From a virus (lineage: Duplodnaviria; Caudoviricetes), in the IMG/VR virus record IMGVR_UViG_3300032320_001447, positions 1 to 64,000 of that record: DNA of 64,000 bases; one strand, given 5' to 3'. Shown piece after piece: positions 8,165 to 16,844 of the stretch. A program made the position numbers and the translations under genes. Under the pieces are notes generated by a model that worked only from the letters and a program-made list of their open reading frames with translations, did no database searches and was not told the DNA's origin. Position 1 is the stretch's first letter. Every line of letters begins with the position of its first letter.

Positions 8165-9187
8165 TTAAAGTACTAACTCTTTCTCTATCAACGACTTGGC
8201 CGTAGCGTAATCTACTTGGTACTCTTTCTTTCTTGCACGTACCTCTTTGATAATGTCCAATTCTGTACAGTATACCACGAAGTTTCTTACTTCTGTTTGG
8301 GCACAATTAACTTTTTGGTTCTTTACCAACGATAGCATCTTATTAAAAGACAGCACAGGATCTCCTGGTAGCTTTTTTCCGTTTTGGTAGTATAATTTTA
8401 AAAGAATAAGATTAAGTTCTGCCTGTTTGTACTTGGGCGTTGATAGGAGCTTTTTGGTCTCTTCGTAAGATCCTATTGTGTATATAGCGTTAAATGCCAC
8501 ACCAAGAACTATAATGAACTCTAAAAAGAACGTCATGAATACAAATGCGGTGTCGTTCTCTTTATTTTTTTCTAGTGTAGATTGTGATTTGTCCGTAGTC
8601 TTGTTTTCTACAGCCAATAGTTTTTGGTCTTTTGTTTGCTGTAATGCATTAACTACTGAATCTCTGTATTTTCTGTCGGTTCGTGTTCTTGCAGGTTGCG
8701 CTCTATAATATGCTATTTCTGTGTCATAGTATTTAGATATTGAGTCAGTTTTAATACTGATGTTTTGATCTATAGTTGCAACTATCTTGTCTGAAGAGTC
8801 TACTAATCTATGTGCTCCATTTAAAGATAGGTAAAAAGATCCAGCAATTAATAAGGCTACACACAAAGATCCTACTATTCCGTTCCAAGTAAAAAACTTT
8901 CTAACTTGAATAAAATACACAGATAGTTGTTCTACAGCGAATCTTTTTGTTAATTCGTATCCAGTTAAAAATAGTGCAATGAACACAGCTAAAAATACTG
9001 ATTGATAAGGAAATAGTTGAGGTAGCGTATCTACGATGCTCTTGATAAAAAAGTACCCAAAGTAGATTAAAAAAATGTTGCCCAAGAAAGAGAAGTAGTA
9101 CAACACTCTATCTAATGCAAAAAAATTCTTCTCAAGTTTAAGTATTTCTAATTTAACCTTGAGTTCTTGAAACTTGTCTAATTTCAT
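8165..9187 (-). CDS. Multi-pass membrane protein with coiled-coil loop
   Basis: Three N-terminal hydrophobic helices, a polar coiled region, a fourth TM helix and a basic C-terminal domain. Confidence 0.65.
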   Translation of the reverse strand: MKLDKFQELKVKLEILKLEKNFFALDRVLYYFSFLGNIFLIYFGYFFIKSIVDTLPQLFPYQSVFLAVFIALFLTGYELTKRFAVEQLSVYFIQVRKFFTWNGIVGSLCVALLIAGSFYLSLNGAHRLVDSSDKIVATIDQNISIKTDSISKYYDTEIAYYRAQPARTRTDRKYRDSVVNALQQTKDQKLLAVENKTTDKSQSTLEKNKENDTAFVFMTFFLEFIIVLGVAFNAIYTIGSYEETKKLLSTPKYKQAELNLILLKLYYQNGKKLPGDPVLSFNKMLSLVKNQKVNCAQTEVRNFVVYCTELDIIKEVRARKKEYQVDYATAKSLIEKELVL

Positions 9188-9191
9188 AACT

Positions 9192-9362
9192 TTATTTTTT
9201 ATTTTTATAAGGAACTAATTCGTTTAATTTTTTTTGCCTTCTCTTGCATCCGCAATCCTTTCCAAAAGCTTTAAAAACTCTTTCAACTAATATATCTATT
9301 TTAAAGAAGTGAGTGATCTTAGCAATCGTATCTCCCAATCCTTTACTTTCTTGATTTTTCAT
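9192..9362 (-). CDS. Small conserved phage protein (SKGLGDT...DCGC motif), 56 aa
   Basis: Not in ORF track; hand translation MKNQESKGLGDTIAKITHFFKIDILVERVFKAFGKDCGCKRRQKKLNELVPYKNKK fills the gap exactly. Confidence 0.75.
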   Translation of the reverse strand: MKNQESKGLGDTIAKITHFFKIDILVERVFKAFGKDCGCKRRQKKLNELVPYKNKK

Positions 9363-9549
9363 CGTCTATCTTTTTTTCTAAACTATTAAATTTCATATCA
9401 GCCGCCATACCTAATATTTCAATATCGTCTATAATCTGATTCGTTACTCTTTCTAACGTATCTACCTTTCTCCACTGAAATATTTGAATTGCTGATAGTA
9501 CAACAATTATTCCTATATAGATATTCTCATTTGTTATTTCTAAAACCAT
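9343..9549 (-). CDS. Small membrane-anchored coiled-coil protein
   Basis: N-terminal TM helix then heptad-like tail. Confidence 0.6.
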   Translation of the reverse strand: MVLEITNENIYIGIIVVLSAIQIFQWRKVDTLERVTNQIIDDIEILGMAADMKFNSLEKKIDDEKSRK

Positions 9550-9768
9550 TTAAGTATTTTTTTTAAATTTAATGTATTCTGGCGAATCTTTATCTTTTAC
9601 GATTACGGTGCCTTTCTTATGTTTAGGCTCAAAAGGACAGTGTCTACAACCGTTACCACAGCACTGACCACGTTCTAAATGGAAAAGAGCCATAAAAATG
9701 ACTCTTTCTCCTTCCATATAGTAGTGAACTCCTTCTATGAATTTATCTTTATAAGATTTCACAAGCAC
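9550..9768 (-). CDS. Cys-rich DUF5522-like protein
   Basis: HLERGQCCGNGCRHCPF motif; exact start uncertain. Confidence 0.75.
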   Translation of the reverse strand: MLVKSYKDKFIEGVHYYMEGERVIFMALFHLERGQCCGNGCRHCPFEPKHKKGTVIVKDKDSPEYIKFKKNT

Positions 9769-11599
9769 CTCCTGCGCAAGCTAATTCGCCTTTTTGGTCT
9801 GTGTTATCTTGAGCTTCTATAACTTTACTCAAATCAACTTCGTGTAATTTAGTAACTGCTTCGTTGAATTGCTCTTCTGTGATTGTTTCGAAAGGAGCTT
9901 GAACGTAGCTACCGTTATCGTAAGGCAAACAAGATAGCGCTGTGTAATTGTTTCTGTTACTCCATGCCCACTCTCCAACTTCTACCCACTCTTCAGGCTT
10001 TAAACTGATTGTTACTGAAACGTTGTGAGTATTTCTACCTGTTCTGTGACCTGGTTTGATCCACTCTTTGTGCAATTTTTCCAATCTATGTAAAAGATCT
10101 ACTGCAGATTCAGAACGAGTGATCGCTCCTTCTGGTGCTCTTTGAGGTACTGCTACTACTGCTTGAGTTTGTGGTTTAAAGTACTCGTCTTCTACCAACT
10201 CTGGGTGGTTGATTAGTAAGTGAGAGTATAGAGCTTCGTTCTTACCCAATCTCATTCTTCTTAAATAGAACTTATCGTGCCAAGCATGTACTCCTGATGA
10301 AGTTCCTAATACCATTGAAGTGGTGCCTGATGGTTTAACTGTTGTACATCTTGCCGCTTTGTTGATGCCTAATATTTTTGCTACTCTTTCGTTTTCTTCT
10401 TTTACGATTAACGCAGCTTCTTTCATGTTTAATTTCAATACCGCTCCAGAAGCAATACCTGTCATACCAACTCCGATCAATGCATCTTTCTCAGTTGTTT
10501 TCTTCCATACATCTCTTAAGTAGTGGAAGTCTGTATAAGAAGCTTGTAGTGTACCAATGAATGATGCGTACTTAACTCTCTCGTTAAAGTCTTCTTGAGA
10601 CTCTAAGTTAGATACGTTTACTTCACACAAGTTACAAAATTGGAAAGGCTTTAATGCAATCTCTGCACAAGGATTAGTTCCCCAATCTTTATCGTTTGTT
10701 AAGAAGAATCCTGGCTCACCTGCGTTTGATAATTCGATCTTCTTCCATAAATCCAAGAACTCTTCTTTTAAGATTCTATCTCTTAGAATTACTGCTGAGT
10801 TATTTGCTCTACCTCTTTGTGGATTGTTTTCCCACCAAGCTCCGAACTTAGAAGTCAACATTTCATCGTCGTCGAAACTGAATAAACTAATTAAAGCTGC
10901 TCTACGTATACCGCCTGATAATACTGCGTCAGCAATATAACAAATAATATCATGACACTCGATAGGACTTAATCTGTCTCCGTTGTCTTTACGATCTAAA
11001 ATCTTTTGAATTTGGAACAAGCACTCTTTTAAAGGCTCTGGTCCTGGTGCTTTACCGCCTGCTGTAATTAACATTGCGCCCTTTGGTCTAACGTCTCTAA
11101 AGTCAAATTTTGGTCTTGGACCTCCTACTAAATAAGATTTCATTAAAATCTTTACTGCGTCTGCCCAACCTTCGATAGAGTCTCCAACTAAGAATCGCTT
11201 TTCTTTAATTGGTTTTACAATCTCTGACAATTGATCGATGTGATGCTTTTGCACTGAATATCCAACTCCGCAACCTCCTAACAAAAGGAACATTACTTCA
11301 CTGAACACCCTCCAATCATTAACAGGAGCAAAAGAGCAGTTAAATATACGAGCATTATTAATTTCAATGGGTTTACCTGCAAACTGCATCGAACGCATCG
11401 AAGGAAGAATTTTTTTATCATATACTAATTTATAAGCGTTTTCTATTTCTTCGGACAATTGTGGAAACTTTTTCTGATGCATCTCTTTATTTCTAGTAAC
11501 TATCTCGTTCCATGTTTCTCTTCTTTCTAATTCCGGTAAATACTTTGCATACTTATTATATACCGTGATGTCAGATAGGATCTCCTGCGTAATGTCCAT
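9749..11599 (-). CDS. nrdJ: Class II (adenosylcobalamin-dependent) ribonucleotide reductase
   Basis: PSMR, FNC, GGIRRAA, TNPCAEI, FCNL, KPSGT, C-terminal ACAGGACEI; no beta subunit nearby. Confidence 0.9.
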   Translation of the reverse strand: MDITQEILSDITVYNKYAKYLPELERRETWNEIVTRNKEMHQKKFPQLSEEIENAYKLVYDKKILPSMRSMQFAGKPIEINNARIFNCSFAPVNDWRVFSEVMFLLLGGCGVGYSVQKHHIDQLSEIVKPIKEKRFLVGDSIEGWADAVKILMKSYLVGGPRPKFDFRDVRPKGAMLITAGGKAPGPEPLKECLFQIQKILDRKDNGDRLSPIECHDIICYIADAVLSGGIRRAALISLFSFDDDEMLTSKFGAWWENNPQRGRANNSAVILRDRILKEEFLDLWKKIELSNAGEPGFFLTNDKDWGTNPCAEIALKPFQFCNLCEVNVSNLESQEDFNERVKYASFIGTLQASYTDFHYLRDVWKKTTEKDALIGVGMTGIASGAVLKLNMKEAALIVKEENERVAKILGINKAARCTTVKPSGTTSMVLGTSSGVHAWHDKFYLRRMRLGKNEALYSHLLINHPELVEDEYFKPQTQAVVAVPQRAPEGAITRSESAVDLLHRLEKLHKEWIKPGHRTGRNTHNVSVTISLKPEEWVEVGEWAWSNRNNYTALSCLPYDNGSYVQAPFETITEEQFNEAVTKLHEVDLSKVIEAQDNTDQKGELACAGGACEIL

Positions 11600-11634
11600 T
11601 TCGCTTGTTTTTTTTATGTTTTATTAAATAATTA

Positions 11635-11692
11635 AGCCTAGTTTAGCCTTTGAGCATAATTTTATGCCTTTAGACTTTCGTCACAACCTTTA
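11635..11692 (-). promoter_or_regulatory. Structured, phased leader upstream of nrdJ
   Basis: AAAGG three times at exact 20-nt spacing, separated by hairpins GAC-GAAA-GTC and GCATA-AAAT-TATGC. Confidence 0.4.
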
Positions 11693-11720
11693 TAATAAGA
11701 TTTTTGATGTTCGCTAAATA

Positions 11721-11939
11721 CTACCTAGATCCTGGTACTGTAGTATTCGCTTTTGTTTGCGTTAACGCACTTTCTGTTTTAGAAGTTCTATTAATCGTAT
11801 TAACATTGATTTTGTCATACTGATTAGGAGAAATAGTATTCAATTGAGCTATTTGATCGTTATACTTGTTAACAGTAGCAGGAGTTCTGAAGTTATCTCC
11901 TTTTTTCGATCTCTTGAATAAATTGATTAAAAAGTTCAT
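11721..11939 (-). CDS. Small hypothetical protein
   Basis: 72 aa ORF preceded by ATATTTAT at 11958-11965. Confidence 0.6.
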   Translation of the reverse strand: MNFLINLFKRSKKGDNFRTPATVNKYNDQIAQLNTISPNQYDKINVNTINRTSKTESALTQTKANTTVPGSR

Positions 11940-11983
11940 AAAGTGCGTTTTGTACTAATAAATATGGCGTTTTTAAGATAAAT

Positions 11984-13357
11984 TTAAAGCTTCATTTCAA
12001 AGAATTTCTTAGACAAGTAATTTTTTTCGTCTGAACTAAATCCAGAACCATTGAATGCTGGCTTCTGTCCTGTGTCGAATGTCAAATCGTCTTCACTTAT
12101 TTCGTCTTTATTGATCTCTATTCTTCCACAGTTAGTGTTTACTTTGGCTGCGTAAGTCATACCATCTGCTCCGTATCTATTTTTCATTACGTGCATTCTG
12201 CCTGTACCATTTACTTTGTCCTGTCTTTTTCTTGATAAGGACATTGCAAAGTCTGCAATCATCATTTTATTATAAGAGCCTGCGGCTTTGTCCCCTTCAA
12301 TTACATCATCCTTAGCTCCCATTCTATTAACTTGAGACACAGTCCAAATTGGCACTTTTAATTCTCTTGCCATGCCTTTTACTGCCGTATATACGTCGTC
12401 TATAGCATCCTTTGGATCTACAGATCTAGTTTTACTCTTTAGCAAATCCACGTAGTCTATAATAACCAAATCTGGAGGATGACCTAAATCTCTACACTTT
12501 TGAATGTGATTTTCTATAGTATTTGGTGTGGTTTTTCCCATTGGAAATTCCTTAATAATTAATTTGCCTTTTAGTTTGTCAATCTCTTGTTGAACTTTAT
12601 CTCTATTTAAATGAATCTGTTGAACGTCTATTCCAGTAAATAAGGCATCGTATCTCTTACCAATATAATCTTCAGAAAGTTCTAGAGTGTAATGATTAAC
12701 AGTGTAGCCTAATTGTACAGCTTCAGCGCCTAAGTTAACCAACAACCAAGATTTTCCTCCTCCTGGATTTCCAAATATAATGCCTAAATCTCCTACGCCC
12801 AAACCTCCCATCAGTAATTCGTTTAGGTTGGTCCATGGAGTTGCAACAGGAGAACGCTGTTCCATTCTGTAACGAGTTTCCATGTCCTTCTCGTATTCGT
12901 GTCCTATTCTTTTATCTTGACCTGCTTTTAGCGCAGTATCAATCATTGATCTAATCTGATCGAATTCGCCTTTTTCTAAAAGACTAACAGAATTCATAAT
13001 CGCATTCTTCATCTGTTGATTCTTACAGAAGTTAGAAAATTCGCTCTCTACATATTCTCTATCTTCATCTGTCGCTTTTAAAGAATCTTTTAATTGTTCT
13101 ACTACGCTCACCTTTAATACGTCATTGTCGATCTTCTTAACTTCGACCTGTAAAGATTCCATAGAAGGTGTAGTGTGATACTTGTAATAGTATCTTAATA
13201 TCTCTTGTACAATCCACTTATGCGCTGGATTATCAAACATCTCTACATCCAAAATGTCGTTTATATTTTGTAAGAATTCTTTATCTTTTAATAAGCTAGA
13301 TAAAACCTTAATTTGGAATCCAATTCCGTATTGTTGTAACTGATTTAAAACCGCCAT
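11984..13357 (-). CDS. dnaB: Replicative DnaB/gp41-like helicase
   Basis: Walker A GNPGGGKS, YTLEL, IIDYVD, SQVNR, KNRYG. Confidence 0.93.
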   Translation of the reverse strand: MAVLNQLQQYGIGFQIKVLSSLLKDKEFLQNINDILDVEMFDNPAHKWIVQEILRYYYKYHTTPSMESLQVEVKKIDNDVLKVSVVEQLKDSLKATDEDREYVESEFSNFCKNQQMKNAIMNSVSLLEKGEFDQIRSMIDTALKAGQDKRIGHEYEKDMETRYRMEQRSPVATPWTNLNELLMGGLGVGDLGIIFGNPGGGKSWLLVNLGAEAVQLGYTVNHYTLELSEDYIGKRYDALFTGIDVQQIHLNRDKVQQEIDKLKGKLIIKEFPMGKTTPNTIENHIQKCRDLGHPPDLVIIDYVDLLKSKTRSVDPKDAIDDVYTAVKGMARELKVPIWTVSQVNRMGAKDDVIEGDKAAGSYNKMMIADFAMSLSRKRQDKVNGTGRMHVMKNRYGADGMTYAAKVNTNCGRIEINKDEISEDDLTFDTGQKPAFNGSGFSSDEKNYLSKKFFEMKL

Positions 13358-13360
13358 AAC

Positions 13361-14389
13361 TTATTTATATTTTGATAATTGATAAAAATTATTGTGTAAC
13401 CATGTTTGAAGATTAGAAATAGAATTACCTAAATCGTCTTCTTCGTATAGACCCATAAACTCTTTAGATCTAAAAGTCTTGTTTGGATTTTCTAGCATCT
13501 CGTTAATTTCAACTAGAGAATCATCTGGTATATTTGGATTAGTTAGATCCATTAACTTTTCATTTATCTTTAACTGATGTTCAAAATTTCTAATACTCAT
13601 AAATGCTTTGCCTTCGCTCTCTTTTGCTTTGTCTATCACTTCAGTTAAAGTCATCTTCACATCGTCTGCCAATTCTGGATATAACTTAGCGATTGTTTTT
13701 GGTCCAACTCCTTTAATGCCAGGCACATTATCTCCAGCATCTCCAGTTAAAACTTTATAATTCAAAAAATTCTCGCTTGATACTCCGTACTCATCTAACA
13801 CTTTTTTAGGCGTATAGAAGATTTTTTTCGTAGGAGAATATACAGTAATATTTTGAGATACGAGTTGTAAATAATCTCGGTCTGAAGACATTATTGTTAT
13901 TTGCGAATTCATCTGTTGAGAAATGTATCCAATAACATCGTCTGCTTCGATCTTGTCTATCGAGATCAAATCTACTGGTAAACATTTCAAATAATCGATT
14001 AATCTAACTAATTGATTTGTGATTGCTTCTGATTCTTGCTCTTGATTCTCAAAAGCATCCCAGTTAGTGACCCTGCGTATGCCTCTGTTAGCTTTGTACT
14101 CCGGATACAAATATCTCTTATTAGTAGATGAACCTTTGCCATCGAAAGCCAAAATCACTCTGGTTGGTCTTATCAAATTGATGGCGTAACCAACGGACCT
14201 TAAATAGCCCGTTAGTCCACCAACATGGTTCAAACTCTTATTGAAATGTTGTATTACCGTAAATGCTCTTAAAAAAGTATTTAAAGAGTCAATAATTAGA
14301 ATTCTATCGTTTATCTTTAGATCTTCTTTTACCTCTTCTACCACTTCTTTTCCAAGCGATTCGAATATTTTTTGGTATTCTTTATTCAT
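13361..14389 (-). CDS. 5'-3' exonuclease / T4 RNase H-like flap nuclease
   Basis: IIDSLN, FDG, YPEYKANR, EADDVIG, SSDRDYLQL, GDAGDNVPGIKGVG; start moved to MNKEY. Confidence 0.93.
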   Translation of the reverse strand: MNKEYQKIFESLGKEVVEEVKEDLKINDRILIIDSLNTFLRAFTVIQHFNKSLNHVGGLTGYLRSVGYAINLIRPTRVILAFDGKGSSTNKRYLYPEYKANRGIRRVTNWDAFENQEQESEAITNQLVRLIDYLKCLPVDLISIDKIEADDVIGYISQQMNSQITIMSSDRDYLQLVSQNITVYSPTKKIFYTPKKVLDEYGVSSENFLNYKVLTGDAGDNVPGIKGVGPKTIAKLYPELADDVKMTLTEVIDKAKESEGKAFMSIRNFEHQLKINEKLMDLTNPNIPDDSLVEINEMLENPNKTFRSKEFMGLYEEDDLGNSISNLQTWLHNNFYQLSKYK

Positions 14390-15458
14390 TTTCTGATGCG
14401 TCAAATATGTCTTTAATGTCCTCTTCTGCTTCCTCAATTACATCGAACGTAGTAGATCCTAATGTCTTTAACCATTGATGAGAATACTGCTTCTTGTAAT
14501 TATCCAATTCTTTCTTATCGTCGGCGATGAATCCATGTACTGTCATAATCACTTTGTTTAAAGCAGTTACGCCAGTTACGTGGTTCTTATCACAAGAGAT
14601 TTTAGTTCTTTTTGCAAACTCAACTTCTTTACCATTCTTGGTAGCTTTGATCTTATTTGTACCAGAGTTAGTAACGTTACCGAATGTAATTACAAGAGAA
14701 GAATCAAAGAACATTGTGTCTCCACCTTTATTCTTCATCTTTGGTTGACTCATAATAGTTTCAGGCTTTGCAACCCAAACTTTATTGATAGCAACTAAAG
14801 TGTTTGTGTAAGGCTGACTCTCTTTTCTAGATAAAACAATTCTCTGATTGATGAAGTTACCGAACTGTTGAGACATTGCTCCTGCGTTCCACTCGTTGTT
14901 GTTCTTGTTAGACTCAATCGATAATCTACATGGGATCGAGCCCACAGAGTCCCAGAAGAAACACAAATCATAAGGTAAGTTACCAGACTTTTGTTCATCT
15001 AAGATATCTGCAATAAATGCGGATACATCTTCGATACAGTTTAGCTTTTCTCTATCAACGAATAGGAAAAAACCTTTATAGTCAGAAACTACTCCATCTG
15101 CATCCGCTACTTCTTCAAACTGCAATTCCATCTCTTTAGCATGTTCCCAACTCCATTTCATCTCAGTGATAATAAACACCGGTAGAATGCCCATTTTTTG
15201 GGCACTCACCGCTGCTTCTAATAACGCCGTTGTTTTACCGGTGTCTGAGTGACCACGTAATAGAGTGATGTGGCCTTTCGGGATTCCTGGGATTTGCAGT
15301 GTGTCTTGAAACGCTTTTGATAACGGAATCCATTGTTGGTCCTTAAATTTGATGGACGTAGATGATAAATTCTTTGATCTTTTAAAAGAATCTAAATTGA
15401 ATTCTGTTTTGATAGCTTTTGATACGGTGCTATTTAACCCTTCTTTAGCCTTTGCCAT
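14382..15458 (-). CDS. uvsX: RecA/UvsX-like recombinase
   Basis: Walker A GHSDTGKT, Walker B WDSVGS, KGG motif, C-terminal KNH. Confidence 0.88.
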   Translation of the reverse strand: MAKAKEGLNSTVSKAIKTEFNLDSFKRSKNLSSTSIKFKDQQWIPLSKAFQDTLQIPGIPKGHITLLRGHSDTGKTTALLEAAVSAQKMGILPVFIITEMKWSWEHAKEMELQFEEVADADGVVSDYKGFFLFVDREKLNCIEDVSAFIADILDEQKSGNLPYDLCFFWDSVGSIPCRLSIESNKNNNEWNAGAMSQQFGNFINQRIVLSRKESQPYTNTLVAINKVWVAKPETIMSQPKMKNKGGDTMFFDSSLVITFGNVTNSGTNKIKATKNGKEVEFAKRTKISCDKNHVTGVTALNKVIMTVHGFIADDKKELDNYKKQYSHQWLKTLGSTTFDVIEEAEEDIKDIFDASENE

Positions 15459-15467
15459 TAGTGAGGT

Positions 15468-15499
15468 TTAAAAAGCCCTCATTTTTAGGTGAGGGCTTA
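15468..15499 (-). terminator. Rho-independent terminator after ssb
   Basis: AAGCCCTCA/TGAGGGCTT stem followed by T run on minus strand. Confidence 0.75.
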
Positions 15500-15503
15500 T
15501 AAA

Positions 15504-16316
15504 TTAAAAGTTGAATAAATCGTCGATCTTGGAATCGATCTCGGTCTTACTTGTGTTTAAACTAAAAGCCTGTTTAGGAGCTTCTTCTGTTTTTTCCCAA
15601 GGTAAGTCTCCTACTTGTGCAGTTTTTTCAACTACTACATCGGCATCTTGTTTGATCTCTTCTTCAGGATTCAAATGAGCGCCTAAAGCAGATTTCATCT
15701 CTTCATAAGAATAGCGCTTGAACAATGTATCTGGCTCGGGTTGAGTTGTTAACCACAATTTTACTTTGTCGCTATCTTCTGATAACGGAGTAACTTTTGT
15801 TCTAACTCTTACTGTGCTAGTGTTGTACATTAATCCAGTGGTTTCTTTACCAGCTGTGTCGACTGTAATGTCGTGACCTTGAATAGGATCTGTAAAATCG
15901 CCTACGTCTTCGTCTTCCAAGATTGCTAACAAGTCCATGTAGACTTGCTTACCGAATTCCCATAGCCTTACACCTTTTTCTTCTTCGCCTCTTACGATGA
16001 CTGGAACGAATACGCGTAATTTTGGTTCGAACTTCTTAGCTGACTGCCAATCGTCGCTTTTTCTTAAGCCTTGTGCGAATTCAACAATAGGATCTTTTTC
16101 GCCGAAAGAAGTCGGAGAAATCATTGTCTTGTTGTTGATACCGTAGTGGAAAAATAATTCCTTGAACGGGTTCGATTTGTTGTACATAGAAGGTACAATA
16201 CGAACTAAGTGTTTACCTACAGTAGGTTTCCAGATTGTTACACTGAAGTCCTTTTTCTGTCCGCCTCTTGGATTTTGTAGGGAAGCGAGCCTAGATTTTA
16301 ATTGTGAAATGTCCAT
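15504..16316 (-). CDS. Single-stranded DNA-binding protein, T4 gp32-like
   Basis: WKP..G...VRIVP, FHY, DPI.EF, RLWEFGK, DFTDP..G.D, acidic tail ending DDLFNF. Confidence 0.85.
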   Translation of the reverse strand: MDISQLKSRLASLQNPRGGQKKDFSVTIWKPTVGKHLVRIVPSMYNKSNPFKELFFHYGINNKTMISPTSFGEKDPIVEFAQGLRKSDDWQSAKKFEPKLRVFVPVIVRGEEEKGVRLWEFGKQVYMDLLAILEDEDVGDFTDPIQGHDITVDTAGKETTGLMYNTSTVRVRTKVTPLSEDSDKVKLWLTTQPEPDTLFKRYSYEEMKSALGAHLNPEEEIKQDADVVVEKTAQVGDLPWEKTEEAPKQAFSLNTSKTEIDSKIDDLFNF

Positions 16317-16385
16317 AACTGTTGTTTATTATATAAGCTAATATACTAAAAATATTCGAAAGAAAAAAATTTATTCTTCAGTGAG

Positions 16386-16814
16386 TTATACTGCAACTAT
16401 CTTGTGAATAGAAGTGTTCAACTTTCTTAGATCTTCTCCTTGCGTTAATAGGATAGCATTCCTATAATCAGCCCAATTTACCATGAACTTATTGTCTAAT
16501 ACTCCGTTGTTAAGACTTTTGATTAGCGTGTTGAGCGCATTAATTGTGTATAGGGTGTTGGATTCTTTTTTTCGGTGCAATAAAATAGTATTCGGTAGTA
16601 TTTTGGTGTTAGGGCCTTCTATCTCTATATTATATGTGCACATGTACTCGTCAGACTCTGGGGAAGCCAATACGAATATCTTGTTGTAAAGTATCTTGTA
16701 TTCTTTATTTATTTCTTGCAACCTTTCGTCTAATAGCTCTTTTTTAGCGAATGTGCAAAATAGCTTGTTCATAAGCGATTCTGGTGTTAGTTCTATTGTG
16801 TTTGTTTCTATCAT
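16386..16814 (-). CDS. Conserved hypothetical phage protein
   Basis: NKLFCTF, HRKKESNTLYTINALN; preceded by ATATTTAT 16826-16833. Confidence 0.7.
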   Translation of the reverse strand: MIETNTIELTPESLMNKLFCTFAKKELLDERLQEINKEYKILYNKIFVLASPESDEYMCTYNIEIEGPNTKILPNTILLHRKKESNTLYTINALNTLIKSLNNGVLDNKFMVNWADYRNAILLTQGEDLRKLNTSIHKIVAV

Positions 16815-16844
16815 AACCTTTTTTAATAAATATTTGTAATTAGT

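Noticed and set aside
11600-11720. Cobalamin riboswitch upstream of nrdJ
   Set aside because: Region is too short and AT-rich and has no recognisable B12 box
5813-15458. Inteins or introns in polA, nrdJ, helicase or recA
   Set aside because: Lengths are ordinary, with no intein splice motifs or homing endonuclease inserts seen
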